A stretch of DNA of 64,000 nt from Candidatus Poribacteria bacterium (GCA_965208245.1 OZ242325.1:2581878-2645877); one strand, 5' to 3'; shown: positions 1-10,005, counted from the stretch's first letter. Notes: generated from the letters alone by a model not told the origin. Translations and numbers: made by a program.

Positions 1-258
1 CAAGGAAATCAAGCACTCATAGAAAAAAATAAAGAATTGATGCAACCAATTTTCAAGGAACTTGAACAACTTATTATTAAAACCGGAAAAGATGAAAACT
101 ACGATCTAATTATTGACAGACAAGCAGCACTCTATTTTAATGAAAAGTACGATATTACGGACAAACTTATTATCCTGATTAACGCAGGAAATGAAAAAGC
201 AGAACAGAATAATCAGAATGCTGAAGTGCCGCAAAATGGAAATGCAGATCAAAAGTAG
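1..258 (+). CDS. skp: Periplasmic chaperone Skp/OmpH, C-terminal part (5' end lies outside the window)
   Basis: Frame 1 is open from base 1. The coiled-coil C-terminus with ...DLIIDRQAALYFNEKYDITDKLIILIN resembles the OmpH C-terminus, and lpxD follows immediately as in the conserved skp-lpxD arrangement. Confidence 0.6.
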   Translation, partial: QGNQALIEKNKELMQPIFKELEQLIIKTGKDENYDLIIDRQAALYFNEKYDITDKLIILINAGNEKAEQNNQNAEVPQNGNADQK

Positions 259-366
259 TAGGCACACTCCATGTACTTGTCAATTCTTGTCTGGGGAAAT
301 GTATCAAATAATTAGGCATACCCTAATAAGCTCAGATACTAATGTAGTAAAATTGCACCCGTTTCA

Positions 367-1437
367 ATGAGGATACTAAATATGAAACTAAAGGATATTT
401 CAGAACATATCGATGGCGAACTTCATGGGGATGGTGACATTGAAATAACGAGTGTTTCTGGCATTAAAGAAGCAGTACCAAACCAAATTACCTTCGTTGC
501 AAATACAAAATACCTGAGTGCTATCCCAACTACCCAAGCATCGGCAATAATCTTAGAACACGGTGTTTCTGGCAATGGGAAACCCACAATCCGTGTTGAC
601 AACCCATATTGGGGATTTGTAAAGGTCTTGGAATTATTTGCACAAGGAACAGAGAAAAATCAACAGACCGGTATACATAAAACAGCGATTATCGGAGAGA
701 ATGTTAAAATCGGAAATAACGTCTCAATACACGCACACTGTGTCTTAGAAGACAATGTGGAAATTGGTGATAGAACAATAATTATGCCTCTAGTATATAT
801 CGGAGAAGGAAGCAAAATTGGATGTGATGGCTTAATATACGCTAATGTAAGTATTCGTGATAATATCATTATTGGTGATCGTGTCATTATTCATTGTGGC
901 GCTGTCATTGGTAGCGACGGATTCGGGTTTACACCCGATCCCACAAACCATAGTCCATATAAAATTCCACAAATAGGTTCTGTTGTTATTGAAGACAATG
1001 TAGAAATCGGGGCAAATACAACAATTGATAGAGCAACAATCTCTGAAACGCTCATAAAAAACGGAACAAAACTTGACAATCTCGTTCAGATTGCACACAA
1101 TGTAGTTATTGGCAAAGATTGCTGTTTAGCAGCACAGACAGGTATTGCAGGAAGTAGCCAACTAGGCGACCGTATAAATATGGCAGGTCAATCTGGTGTC
1201 ATCGGACACCTAACACTTGGCGAAAACACCGTCATCTACTCAAAAACAGCTGTCACAAAAGATATCCCACCTGGAAGCCATCTTTCCGGTATTCCCGCCC
1301 GACCCCATAAACAGGAGTTACGTTTTCAAGCATCAATCAGAAAAATGCCAGAATTATTGCAAGAATTCAATAAACTGCAAAAACGTGTCGTGGAACTTGA
1401 AGAAAAACTACACGAACTTGAAAAAGAAGAATCTTAG
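367..1437 (+). CDS. lpxD: UDP-3-O-acylglucosamine N-acyltransferase (lipid A biosynthesis) with a C-terminal coiled-coil tail
   Basis: N-terminal LpxD domain followed by a long run of left-handed beta-helix hexapeptide repeats (IGxxVxIG...), placed directly downstream of skp. Confidence 0.85.
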   Translation: MRILNMKLKDISEHIDGELHGDGDIEITSVSGIKEAVPNQITFVANTKYLSAIPTTQASAIILEHGVSGNGKPTIRVDNPYWGFVKVLELFAQGTEKNQQTGIHKTAIIGENVKIGNNVSIHAHCVLEDNVEIGDRTIIMPLVYIGEGSKIGCDGLIYANVSIRDNIIIGDRVIIHCGAVIGSDGFGFTPDPTNHSPYKIPQIGSVVIEDNVEIGANTTIDRATISETLIKNGTKLDNLVQIAHNVVIGKDCCLAAQTGIAGSSQLGDRINMAGQSGVIGHLTLGENTVIYSKTAVTKDIPPGSHLSGIPARPHKQELRFQASIRKMPELLQEFNKLQKRVVELEEKLHELEKEES

Positions 1438-1565
1438 ACAAATGATGTAGAACACCCAGCGTAGGGACGAGGTCACCTCGCCCGTTGTCAATATTCTAAA
1501 CTGCCAATAATTCTAAAATTTACCATAACCCATTCCTGTTAACACCAGATAGAAACCATCAGAGG

Positions 1566-2420
1566 TTGACAATGAGGACGTTGTTAACGTATATTGAACT
1601 TGCAAGACCTTTGAACGGTGTAATCGCGTTTATTTCAGCTTGGTTAGGGGGCATATTCGCGATAGGCAGCACACTCAATTCATTTTCAAATGTAAAATTA
1701 TTATATGTCTCTATCGCATCACTGCTACTACTCTCCGCAGGCAACACTATAAATGATTATTGTGATTACAACATCGACTGCCATAACAGACCCGATCGTC
1801 CACTCCCATCAGGTAGAATCCGTAGAAGAAATGCACTCATATTCGCCATGACGCTTATCGGACTCGGTATTGCACTTGGCGTGTTAGTCAATTTATATGC
1901 AGTTTATGTTGCAGTGATAGTGTCTATGCTGCTCGTAACCTATGCTCTCATTTTCAAACGTACAACCATCTTAGGAAATTTAGTTGTCGGTATTCTGACA
2001 AGTCTGACATTCATTTCCGGTGGTATAGCAGTCGGTTCAGTACGAGGCACCATCATACCAGCTATTTTCGCCTTTCTATTTACAACAGCAAGGGAAATCG
2101 TCAAAGACCTTGAAGATATTGAAGGAGATAAGAGAGAAAACGTCAAAACACTTGCTAATCTCAATCCTCGCATGGCAATCGTCATGGCATTGAGTTTTAT
2201 GTTCTCTGTAATTTTATTTAGTCCTATTCCCTATCTGTTAGGACTTTATCCGTGGCAATATTTAGTAACGATCTTACTTGGCGTTGATCTTGTCCTTATC
2301 TGCTTAGGAATTCAACTCGTTACAAACACCTCAAAAGACGGTTATGCCAAAATACAACATTGGATGAAATGGGACATATTCATAGGTTTAGCTGCAATCT
2401 ATCTCGGAATCATCTATTAA
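1566..2420 (+). CDS. UbiA-family prenyltransferase, probable digeranylgeranylglyceryl-phosphate-synthase-like
   Basis: About 8 predicted transmembrane segments. NDYCDYNIDCHNRPDRPLPSG gives the NDxxDxxxD aspartate-rich motif, and a second acidic motif is near KDLEDIEGD. Two genes upstream of a PcrB/GGGPS homolog. Confidence 0.65.
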   Translation: MTMRTLLTYIELARPLNGVIAFISAWLGGIFAIGSTLNSFSNVKLLYVSIASLLLLSAGNTINDYCDYNIDCHNRPDRPLPSGRIRRRNALIFAMTLIGLGIALGVLVNLYAVYVAVIVSMLLVTYALIFKRTTILGNLVVGILTSLTFISGGIAVGSVRGTIIPAIFAFLFTTAREIVKDLEDIEGDKRENVKTLANLNPRMAIVMALSFMFSVILFSPIPYLLGLYPWQYLVTILLGVDLVLICLGIQLVTNTSKDGYAKIQHWMKWDIFIGLAAIYLGIIY

Positions 2421-2463
2421 GGATAAGAGAGAGGTGACGAATCATTTTTCGTCAAAATAGACA

Positions 2464-3675
2464 TTGAAAAAATATACCAAAGTAATAGAATTCTTAAACA
2501 GCACGACACCAAATATTGAGCATGCACTACACTTTATAGATGCATTTCAAAGTTCATCTTTAACAGACGAATTGTGTAAATCCTGCAGGGTCTTTACGTC
2601 AGGATGGAGACAGATTGACGGTGTAATGTTGATGAAACAGATGGAAGGGCATGATTCTGATTATCGTATACTTGTAAGTGCAACTACCGAACGAAGTCTA
2701 ACAGAACTACTCCTCGCTTTTCCAAGGAGTTCTTTGGGGATGTTTTTCCTGACGAATGAATGGATTGAAAGGAGAATTCTTGATCTGTTTGACGGTAAGA
2801 AGGTTAATGTAGGACCAGAAATCCGTTTCGTTGGAACAAAAAAAGGAAACATTACAGCAGCAGAACAGAAAACATTGACAAAAAAGAAAAATGAAATCGC
2901 CAATAATCTTGCTAAACTCACACCCATAAAAGGTAGATCTGAAAATATTCAGTTTCTTATTGAAGGTGAAATGTTGGTAGAACGCGCTTTCTACGATGGA
3001 TTACCTATCGAAAAGGTGCTTTATACAAACGATTTTGTCTCGTCTACTGCAGGCAAGGATTTTTTGAAGAAAGTTTTTGCCGAAAATCTTTCTATATATC
3101 TAACAAGAGATAGTGTATTAGGATCACTAACAACAACACGACCTATTCCCTCAATTATAGCATCAGTACATCAAAGTTATCCTATCTTTCTAAATGAAGA
3201 TGGACAAATGAATTTTAATTTCAGTCAAGACTGTATGTTGTTGATTATAGAAAACGTTCAGAATCCTGATAATCTTGGGATGACTTTACGCACAGCTGAT
3301 GCTGCAGGTGTTTCCGCTGTATTAATCAGCGGAGAAGGAGCAAATCCGTTCCATAAGAACTGTATTCGTGCATCGCGTGGTGCTGTTGGCAGGATTCCCA
3401 TTTTCTATGTTCCTTCATCGAAGTCAGCGATTGAGAAACTCAAAGCAAGGGGTTGGCATATCATTGGAGCAACAGCAAAAGCAGAAAAGGAAATTTACAC
3501 ATCGTCATATAGGACACCAATTGCAGTTATTGTTGGCAATGAGAATAGTGGTTTGACAGAAGAGACTCGAAATCAGTGCACAGAATTAGTAACTATACCA
3601 ATGGCAACCGGTCAATCTTCTCTGAATGTGGGCGTCGCCGCTGGAATTCTATTATACGAACTAAGAAGACCATGA
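2464..3675 (+). CDS. SpoU/TrmH-family RNA 2'-O-methyltransferase with an N-terminal domain of unknown function
   Basis: The C-terminal half carries the SpoU substrate-binding region and SPOUT motifs (ENVQNPDNLGMTLRTADAAGV...GNENSGL...SLNVGVAAGILLYE). Confidence 0.7.
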   Translation: MKKYTKVIEFLNSTTPNIEHALHFIDAFQSSSLTDELCKSCRVFTSGWRQIDGVMLMKQMEGHDSDYRILVSATTERSLTELLLAFPRSSLGMFFLTNEWIERRILDLFDGKKVNVGPEIRFVGTKKGNITAAEQKTLTKKKNEIANNLAKLTPIKGRSENIQFLIEGEMLVERAFYDGLPIEKVLYTNDFVSSTAGKDFLKKVFAENLSIYLTRDSVLGSLTTTRPIPSIIASVHQSYPIFLNEDGQMNFNFSQDCMLLIIENVQNPDNLGMTLRTADAAGVSAVLISGEGANPFHKNCIRASRGAVGRIPIFYVPSSKSAIEKLKARGWHIIGATAKAEKEIYTSSYRTPIAVIVGNENSGLTEETRNQCTELVTIPMATGQSSLNVGVAAGILLYELRRP

Positions 3676-3801
3676 CAACACCCCTATATCATAAGAATTT
3701 GACAAATTCGTCAGACGGTGTTAAAATAATTTAGTTTTGATATATAATCGTGTAAGTTAAATTCACCAAGGATCAATAACATTCTAACCAGTAAGGACCA
3801 G

Positions 3802-4554
3802 TTGCAGTTGAGACCAAATTGTATTCTAAGTTATCTAAAAACAGTTATTGCAGAAAAGGACGCAGGATACTTCGTCTTGATTGATCCGGAAATGTGTGAT
3901 GTAGAAAAAAGTGCAAAACTTGCCAATACCTTAGAGAACGCAGGGGTAGATGCGATTCTACTTGGAGGTAGTCTGCTAACTCAAGAATTGCATCCTATCG
4001 CAGCCTCTATCAAGTCAGAAACTGAGTTACCAATTATCCTTTTCCCTGGCGACTCCATGCATCTCACTCCACATGCAGATGCAATCATGTTTATGAGTCT
4101 CATCAGTGGACGAAACCCAAACTATCTCATCGGGGAACAAGTAAAAGCAGCACCATGGATCCAGAAATATGAATTAGAACCCATACCAATAGGGTACATG
4201 CTGATTGATGGTGGAAACAGAACTTCAGTAGAATTCATGAGTGGCACTGCTCCTATTCCGAGAGACAAACCTGACATCGCTGCACCCCATGCACTGGCAG
4301 CAGAATACCTCGGTATGCAGATGGTCTATCTGGAAGCAGGAAGCGGGGCAACACTGCCTGTTCCAAACGAGATGATTTCTTCTGTAAAAGAACAGATCAC
4401 AATACCATTAATTGTCGGAGGAGGCATCAGATCGCCTGAAACAGCAACTGAAAAAGTAAAAGCAGGAGCAGATTTTATAGTCACAGGGAACATACTTGAA
4501 GAAAAAGGTTCTATTGACCTTATGAAACAGTTTGCCATCGCAGTTCATGGTTAA
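3802..4554 (+). CDS. pcrB: PcrB/GGGPS-family (hepta/geranylgeranyl)glyceryl phosphate synthase
   Basis: TIM-barrel protein matching the PcrB/GGGP synthase family: DAILLGGS..., YLEAGSGA..., IVGGGIRSPETA... Confidence 0.75.
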   Translation: MQLRPNCILSYLKTVIAEKDAGYFVLIDPEMCDVEKSAKLANTLENAGVDAILLGGSLLTQELHPIAASIKSETELPIILFPGDSMHLTPHADAIMFMSLISGRNPNYLIGEQVKAAPWIQKYELEPIPIGYMLIDGGNRTSVEFMSGTAPIPRDKPDIAAPHALAAEYLGMQMVYLEAGSGATLPVPNEMISSVKEQITIPLIVGGGIRSPETATEKVKAGADFIVTGNILEEKGSIDLMKQFAIAVHG

Positions 4555-4612
4555 CTATTACAAATGACTTACATTATAGTGAATTTTGGAATTATAAAGA
4601 TATTTCAATGAA

Positions 4613-4695
4613 CTTGCAAGTACCACAAGTTCCGTAGGGGCGAGGCCTCCCTTGCAAGTACCACAAGTTCCGTAGGGGCGAGGTCTCCTCGCCCG
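4613..4695. repeat. REP-B hairpin element, two tandem copies, inside a 38-bp direct repeat (cttgcaagtaccacaagttccgtaggggcgagg.ctcc)
   Basis: The exact 38-bp unit is repeated; the core ccgtaggggcgaggtctcctcgcccg is a GC-rich hairpin that recurs at 9 other loci. Confidence 0.85.
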
Positions 4696-4776
4696 TTGAG
4701 AAGTGTTTCATTAAATGTAAGTTCCACTATTAGAATGTCCAATCAAAAAACAAACAATTAGAACGAGAGGAAATAC

Positions 4777-5508
4777 ATGATGTCAGAAAACAAAGAGGTA
4801 GTTATTGAAATTGGAACTGAAAACAAAGAATCTGATGCTGAAACTTCTGCAACACCAGATGATTCTGACAATACTACCGAAATAGAAAATAAAAATGACG
4901 AGCTTACCGTAGAAACACTACTCACAGAAATTGAAGAACTCAAAGAATCTTTCAAAAAACAAATTGAGGAAGTTGCAGAATCAGAGAGATCACAATATGA
5001 AACTGAACGGGAACGCTTGTTGCGCACCGCTGCAGAAGCTGAAAATACAAAAAGACGTGTTGAAAACGATGCTAAGAAACAACTAAAATTCGCAAATAAG
5101 AATATCATAGAAACAATTATTCCTGTATTGGATAGCCTTGAAGCAGCAATTAATAGCATTAATGAAAAAGTCGAAACTGAAACTCATAATCAAGATATGT
5201 CTAACTTCAGTGAAGGTGTAGAATTAGTACATAAACAACTATTAGATGTTCTAAGATTACATGGACTTACACCAATTGACTCCGCAATAGGTTCATTTGA
5301 TCCAAACCAGCATGAAGCAGTCTTGGCAACAGAATCAGATGAAGTGCCAGAGGGGAACATCATTGAGGAATTTAGACGAGGATATCTGCTGCATGAACAC
5401 GTAATTCGTGCCGCACAAGTTGTTGTGTCAACAGGAAAGAAAAAGGAAGAACCCACAGATGAAGGAACCGATGAAATCATAATCGACATTTCAACTGAGG
5501 AAGAATGA
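4777..5508 (+). CDS. grpE: Nucleotide exchange factor GrpE with an acidic N- and C-terminal extension
   Basis: Central coiled coil plus the GrpE C-terminal beta-domain (IPVLDSLEAA...GYLLHEHVIRAAQVVVS); dnaJ follows. Confidence 0.85.
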   Translation: MMSENKEVVIEIGTENKESDAETSATPDDSDNTTEIENKNDELTVETLLTEIEELKESFKKQIEEVAESERSQYETERERLLRTAAEAENTKRRVENDAKKQLKFANKNIIETIIPVLDSLEAAINSINEKVETETHNQDMSNFSEGVELVHKQLLDVLRLHGLTPIDSAIGSFDPNQHEAVLATESDEVPEGNIIEEFRRGYLLHEHVIRAAQVVVSTGKKKEEPTDEGTDEIIIDISTEEE

Positions 5509-5624
5509 ATGTAATACCTCTATTGTAGCACAATCTAACAGATTGTGCCGTTCTCTGTTCGATTTCTAAACAGCCAGTAATGAGGTAATTTAATAAAAAT
5601 GGTATAACTTAGGTAGGAAAACAC

Positions 5625-6734
5625 ATGCAACAAAAACGTGACTATTATGATGTTCTGAACATCAGCAGAGATGCAGATGAAAACGAAATTAAAAAAGCAT
5701 ATAGAAAATTAGCAGTGAAATATCATCCAGATAAAAATCAAGGTGATAAAGACACCGAAGAAAAATTCAAAGAAGCTACCGAAGCTTACGACGTGTTGAG
5801 AACACCAGAAAAACGACAGCGATATGACCAATACGGACATGCAGGACTTGAAGGAACAGCATCTGGATACGGATATGGCGTAAACCTTGACGATATATTG
5901 AGCGAAGTGTTTGGAGACATGTTTGGTGGTTTTGGAAGAACAAGCAATAGACCCAAACAGGGACGTAGTTTGCAGTACAGTCTTCAAATCTCACTTGAGG
6001 AAGCATATTACGGAAAAGAGGAAACAATTGAAATACCACGAATTGAATCTTGTCATGAATGTAGTGGAAGCGGCGCTGAAAGAGGATCAACTATTGATGC
6101 ATGTCCACAGTGCTATGGACGCGGACAAGTAACACAATCACAAGGTTTCTTTACAATGTCCCGAACATGTCCACGATGTCAAGGTGAAGGTGAAATCATC
6201 AAGAATCCATGTAAAAACTGTGATGGACAAGGCAGGATAAGAGTCAAACGAGAACTCAAAATAAAAATTGATAAAGGTGTTGACAACGCTACTGAGTACC
6301 GAATGCGTGGCCAAGGTGAAGCAGGTACTTTAGGAGGCCCCCCCGGAGACCTACTAGTTGTAATCCACATAAAACCACACCAAACTTTCACCCGGGAGGG
6401 AAACGACCTATATACATCAGCAAGAATTTCTTTTATCCAAGCATCACTTGGAACTACTATTGAAGTTAAAAATATTGATGGCGTACAAGAATTAGATGTG
6501 CCAGCAGGAACACAATACGGAGAACAATTGCATGTAAGGGGTAAGGGAATGCCAAGATATAGAAGTTCTTATTACGGTGACCTTGTTGTTCAGATAGAGA
6601 TAGAAACACCAAGAAAACTCACGACACAGCAGAGAACACTGTTAGAACATTTTGATGACCCTGAGTATAAACCAGACGGATCCCAGAACAGTAGTTTCTG
6701 GGAAAAACTCTTTAGCAATCAAGATGATAAATAG
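5625..6734 (+). CDS. dnaJ: Molecular chaperone DnaJ
   Basis: J-domain with HPD (YHPDKN), a G/F region, and four CxxCxGxG zinc-finger repeats. Confidence 0.9.
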   Translation: MQQKRDYYDVLNISRDADENEIKKAYRKLAVKYHPDKNQGDKDTEEKFKEATEAYDVLRTPEKRQRYDQYGHAGLEGTASGYGYGVNLDDILSEVFGDMFGGFGRTSNRPKQGRSLQYSLQISLEEAYYGKEETIEIPRIESCHECSGSGAERGSTIDACPQCYGRGQVTQSQGFFTMSRTCPRCQGEGEIIKNPCKNCDGQGRIRVKRELKIKIDKGVDNATEYRMRGQGEAGTLGGPPGDLLVVIHIKPHQTFTREGNDLYTSARISFIQASLGTTIEVKNIDGVQELDVPAGTQYGEQLHVRGKGMPRYRSSYYGDLVVQIEIETPRKLTTQQRTLLEHFDDPEYKPDGSQNSSFWEKLFSNQDDK

Positions 6735-6785
6735 TCAATATAGTGAAACCTAGAAGTAAATATACACTAATTCACTAACAGATAC

Positions 6786-6818
6786 CCGCACGTAGGGGCA
6801 GGGGTTCCCTGCCCGCAG
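6786..6818. repeat. REP-B hairpin copy
   Basis: cgtaggggcaggggttccctgcccgc palindrome. Confidence 0.8.
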
Positions 6819-6884
6819 CAATTCACTGTCCGTCGTACTAAGAAGTGTTATGAAACTTTCAGGTATCACTACAAATACTGAAAA

Positions 6885-7769
6885 ATGAAATGGATAAAGA
6901 TTACAATAAAAATATCTCATGAAGCATCTGAAACCGTAGCAAATCAATTATTTGAAATGCAGTCACTCGGCGTTGAGATAAGTGAAGACAATAAAAATAA
7001 TACGCTATTAACCGCATATTTCCCTCTGGATGACAAAACAAATTCAAGAGTTAACGAACTGAAAACCTTCCTGTCAAAACTACCTGCATGGGGAATCCAA
7101 CCGAATCCAGCAGAAATTGAACTAAAAAGAATTAAATCAGAAAAATGGACAGAGGCATGGAAAGCAAATTTCACACCTCAAAAAGTAGGAGAAAAGATAC
7201 ACATTGTTCCAACATGGTATAAACAACCCATCAATGAATCGGACATCGTAATAAAAATTGATCCTGGAATGGCATTCGGCACAGGTTACCATCCAACAAC
7301 ACGATTAACTCTACAAATGTTGGAAAAGTCAATCAAACCAAATCAGATTGTAGCAGATGTAGGAACTGGATCAGGAATCTTGGCAATTGCCGCTATCAAA
7401 CTTGGGGCGAAACATAGTGACGCGATTGAACTTGACCCGAAAGCAATACCAATAGCAATCACCAATTTCGCCAATAACAGTGTCTCAAAAAAAATTACAT
7501 TACATGAAACAGATGGACTCCGGACTGTTGAACGAAAATACGATCTTATCGTCACAAATATCCTAACAAAAGCAATCATACCACTGATTCCATACTGTCG
7601 TGATAGATTAAATCCAGATGGGAGTCTAATCTTATCCGGTATTCTGGAATCTGAACAGACCACCGTTCAAGAAACGCTAAAAGAAAACAGATTAGAATGC
7701 GTTTCTGTCACGCGTCAAACTGAGGATGAACTCATGTGGATAGCAATGTTAGCGAGGCTCCTTTGCTAA
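6885..7769 (+). CDS. prmA: Ribosomal protein L11 methyltransferase
   Basis: PrmA fold with the SAM motif DVGTGSGILAIAA. Confidence 0.85.
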   Translation: MKWIKITIKISHEASETVANQLFEMQSLGVEISEDNKNNTLLTAYFPLDDKTNSRVNELKTFLSKLPAWGIQPNPAEIELKRIKSEKWTEAWKANFTPQKVGEKIHIVPTWYKQPINESDIVIKIDPGMAFGTGYHPTTRLTLQMLEKSIKPNQIVADVGTGSGILAIAAIKLGAKHSDAIELDPKAIPIAITNFANNSVSKKITLHETDGLRTVERKYDLIVTNILTKAIIPLIPYCRDRLNPDGSLILSGILESEQTTVQETLKENRLECVSVTRQTEDELMWIAMLARLLC

Positions 7770-8006
7770 TCCATGACAAAGATTACATCTACCGAGATTG
7801 AGATGTGGCATGATAGGTGATTTCTCATCACCACTTAAATGACATTTCAGACACGATGCATCTTCAGAAGATGATCGATGCTCCTCAATATTTGATCGTG
7901 CAGGCGCTGCATTAAAAAATAGAATTACCATTACAATCGCGAATATTAAACCAATAACGCAGACAATATACATCAACACTTTCGGGTTAGCTTGATCGGT
8001 TGGCAT
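7749..8006 (-). CDS. Small membrane-anchored putative dihaem c-type cytochrome
   Basis: N-terminal TM helix (VLMYIVCVIGLIFAIVMVILFF) followed by two CxxCH haem-binding motifs (CLKCH, CNLCH). Its 3' end overlaps prmA by 21 nt in convergent orientation. Confidence 0.4.
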   Translation of the reverse strand: MPTDQANPKVLMYIVCVIGLIFAIVMVILFFNAAPARSNIEEHRSSSEDASCLKCHLSGDEKSPIMPHLNLGRCNLCHGLAKEPR

Positions 8007-8086
8007 GTGATATTTTATAATTCCTTACTATAGTTGTTTGCTAATTATGTGCCATTGACAACCTATTCAAAAAATGGGAAAAGAAG

Positions 8087-8554
8087 ATGAACCCTTGGAA
8101 AATCGAAATTACAGATAAACCTGAAATTACAGATTCTGTTGGCAAAGAGATTCTTGAAGATATTGCCGACCTCGGCATAGATGGTGTTGAATCCATCCGT
8201 ACTGCATCAATCTATTGGATTGAAGGAACACTTAACTCAGAACACATACATAGAATTGGCAGTGAACTCCTTGCTGATCCAATTACACAAGTGTTTAATC
8301 TGACTGAAGAAAAAGAAGAAACAAACGATTGGACAATAGAAGTCCAATACAAACCTGGTGTAACAGATGCCGTTGGAGATAGTACTGTCAAGGGTATCAA
8401 AGATATCGGTATCTCCTCTGTCAACAATGTTCGGACAGGCAAAAAGTTCTGGTTAAATGGAAACCTAAATGATCAAATCATAGAAAATATTGCACAACGC
8501 CTGCTAATGAATGATGTAATCCAGACCTTTTCATACAAAGAACCACATCGCTAA
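8087..8554 (+). CDS. purS: Tandem-duplicated PurS (two PurS domains of FGAM synthase in one polypeptide)
   Basis: Two consecutive copies of about 75 aa each match PurS (I.ITDKPEITDSVGKEILEDIADLGIDGVESIRT...LLADPITQ and KPGVTDAVGDSTVKGIKDIGISSVNNVRTGKKFWL...LLMNDVIQTFSY). Confidence 0.6.
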   Translation: MNPWKIEITDKPEITDSVGKEILEDIADLGIDGVESIRTASIYWIEGTLNSEHIHRIGSELLADPITQVFNLTEEKEETNDWTIEVQYKPGVTDAVGDSTVKGIKDIGISSVNNVRTGKKFWLNGNLNDQIIENIAQRLLMNDVIQTFSYKEPHR

Positions 8555-8574
8555 ATCCAGTAGACTTGTCAATT

Positions 8575-8625
8575 CCTATATTGTAGGTCGGGTAGAGCGA
8601 AGCGAAACCCGACCTACAATATAAA
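8575..8625. mobile_element. MITE-like palindromic element, short form (terminal inverted repeats only)
   Basis: tatattgtaggtcgggtagagcgaagcgaaacccgacctacaatata is a perfect hairpin sharing the terminal inverted repeats of the 90-100 bp element family. Confidence 0.8.
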
Positions 8626-8656
8626 ATGGAATGAACACTAGTGCTAAAAAAGCATC

Positions 8657-9628
8657 CTAAAACAAAGGCAATCCTTGCGCTTCAGTATAGACCGAATAGA
8701 GTGACTGACTGCCAGTCATAAACAGTCTGTTACGTTTTGTTCCTCCGAAACATAAATTTGAACAGATTTCTGGTAAATGTATTTTACCTATCAACGTCCC
8801 ATCTGGCGCGAATATATGCACACCGTCATATCCATCTCCAACCCAACCTGCACTCGACCACAGATTGCCGTCTATATCACACCTGATACCATCTGCTATG
8901 CCTGGGGACATATCACAGAATACCTGTTTGTTCTCTAAGTGTTCACCGTCAACAACATCAAAAACATAGATATTCCTTGGACTTCCCTCTTTATGTATGG
9001 CACCCGTATCTACAACATATAACTTTTCATAATCTGGTGAAAAGCAAATTCCATTCGGTCTATCAAGCTCCGTTGTAACAACAGTCACTACGCTTGCATC
9101 AGGATTCAGACGATATACTGCAGTGGGTAATTCAAAAGCTGCAACGTGGCCTTCATAATTCAGCATAATACCGTATCCTGGATCGCTAAACCATATATGC
9201 CGATCTATATGCACAGCAACGTCATTTGGAGCATTGAGACGTTTACCATCATAGTGATCCATCAACACAGAAATCGTTCCATCGTATTCAGTCCGAGTAA
9301 CGCGTCGTGTGCCGTGTTCACAACTGATAAGTCTTCCGTGTCGGTCTCGTGTATGTCCATTACTATAATTGGATGGTTTACGATATACACTTACCTTCCC
9401 AGAGGCTTCTTCCCATTTCAGTATCCTATTATTTGGTATATCACTCCAAAGTAGATACCCTCCATCTCCAAACCACACAGGTCCTTCTGACCAACGGGCA
9501 CCAGACCATAGTCGTTCCACCACTGCATTACCAATTCTATATTTTGCAAATCGTGAATCAATCACCTCAATCGCAGGATCAGGATAACGGGTAATAGATC
9601 CGTCCCATTTCCTCTCAAAGTCACGCAT
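8657..9628 (-). CDS. SMP-30/gluconolactonase/LRE-like beta-propeller hydrolase
   Basis: Six-bladed propeller signature (SEGPVWF..., NAPNDVAVH..., NGICFSPD...). Confidence 0.75.
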   Translation of the reverse strand: MRDFERKWDGSITRYPDPAIEVIDSRFAKYRIGNAVVERLWSGARWSEGPVWFGDGGYLLWSDIPNNRILKWEEASGKVSVYRKPSNYSNGHTRDRHGRLISCEHGTRRVTRTEYDGTISVLMDHYDGKRLNAPNDVAVHIDRHIWFSDPGYGIMLNYEGHVAAFELPTAVYRLNPDASVVTVVTTELDRPNGICFSPDYEKLYVVDTGAIHKEGSPRNIYVFDVVDGEHLENKQVFCDMSPGIADGIRCDIDGNLWSSAGWVGDGYDGVHIFAPDGTLIGKIHLPEICSNLCFGGTKRNRLFMTGSQSLYSVYTEAQGLPLF

Positions 9629-9872
9629 TGTTTACTCCTTCAATATTCATGTCAATAGATAAGTATAACACAAAATACCTATCAAGTCTAAAAAAATATA
9701 CCTATACTTGAAAATAGAACACCTCAAAAAAAGTCGTTATTTTCCGTAAAAAATGGTATACTATATAAGAAAGATTGACGAATCCGTATATTCTAATGAA
9801 AGAACAAGACTATATTATACTAAAGTCAAGAACTCATGAGACATTTCACCCATACAACGATGACGAGAACCA

Positions 9873-9950
9873 CCCCGCGTAGGGGAACGAGGCCACCTCG
9901 CCCGTCATTTACAAAGACCACCCCGCGTAAGGGCGAGGTCTCCTCGCCCG
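9873..9950. repeat. REP-B hairpin elements, two copies
   Basis: accaccccgcgtagggg.acgaggccacctcgcccg appears twice, 48 bp apart. Confidence 0.85.
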
Positions 9951-10005
9951 CACTAGACTGTTTCATTATATCTGAAATCCACTATAAACTAAAAGCGACT
10001 GAAAT

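Noticed and set aside
660-1098. Several antisense ORFs (660-887, 832-1098, 891-1079) inside lpxD. Similar antisense ORFs lie inside uvrA, dnaJ and the type IIG gene.
   Set aside because: They lie entirely within strongly supported genes on the opposite strand and have low-complexity composition. They are typical six-frame noise.
6335-6341. Homopolymers inside essential genes: C7 in dnaJ at 6335-6341 and G9 in ybaB at 62058-62066. These were considered as phase-variation tracts.
   Set aside because: They are short, encode in-frame Gly/Pro codons in conserved housekeeping genes, and show no signature of contingency loci.
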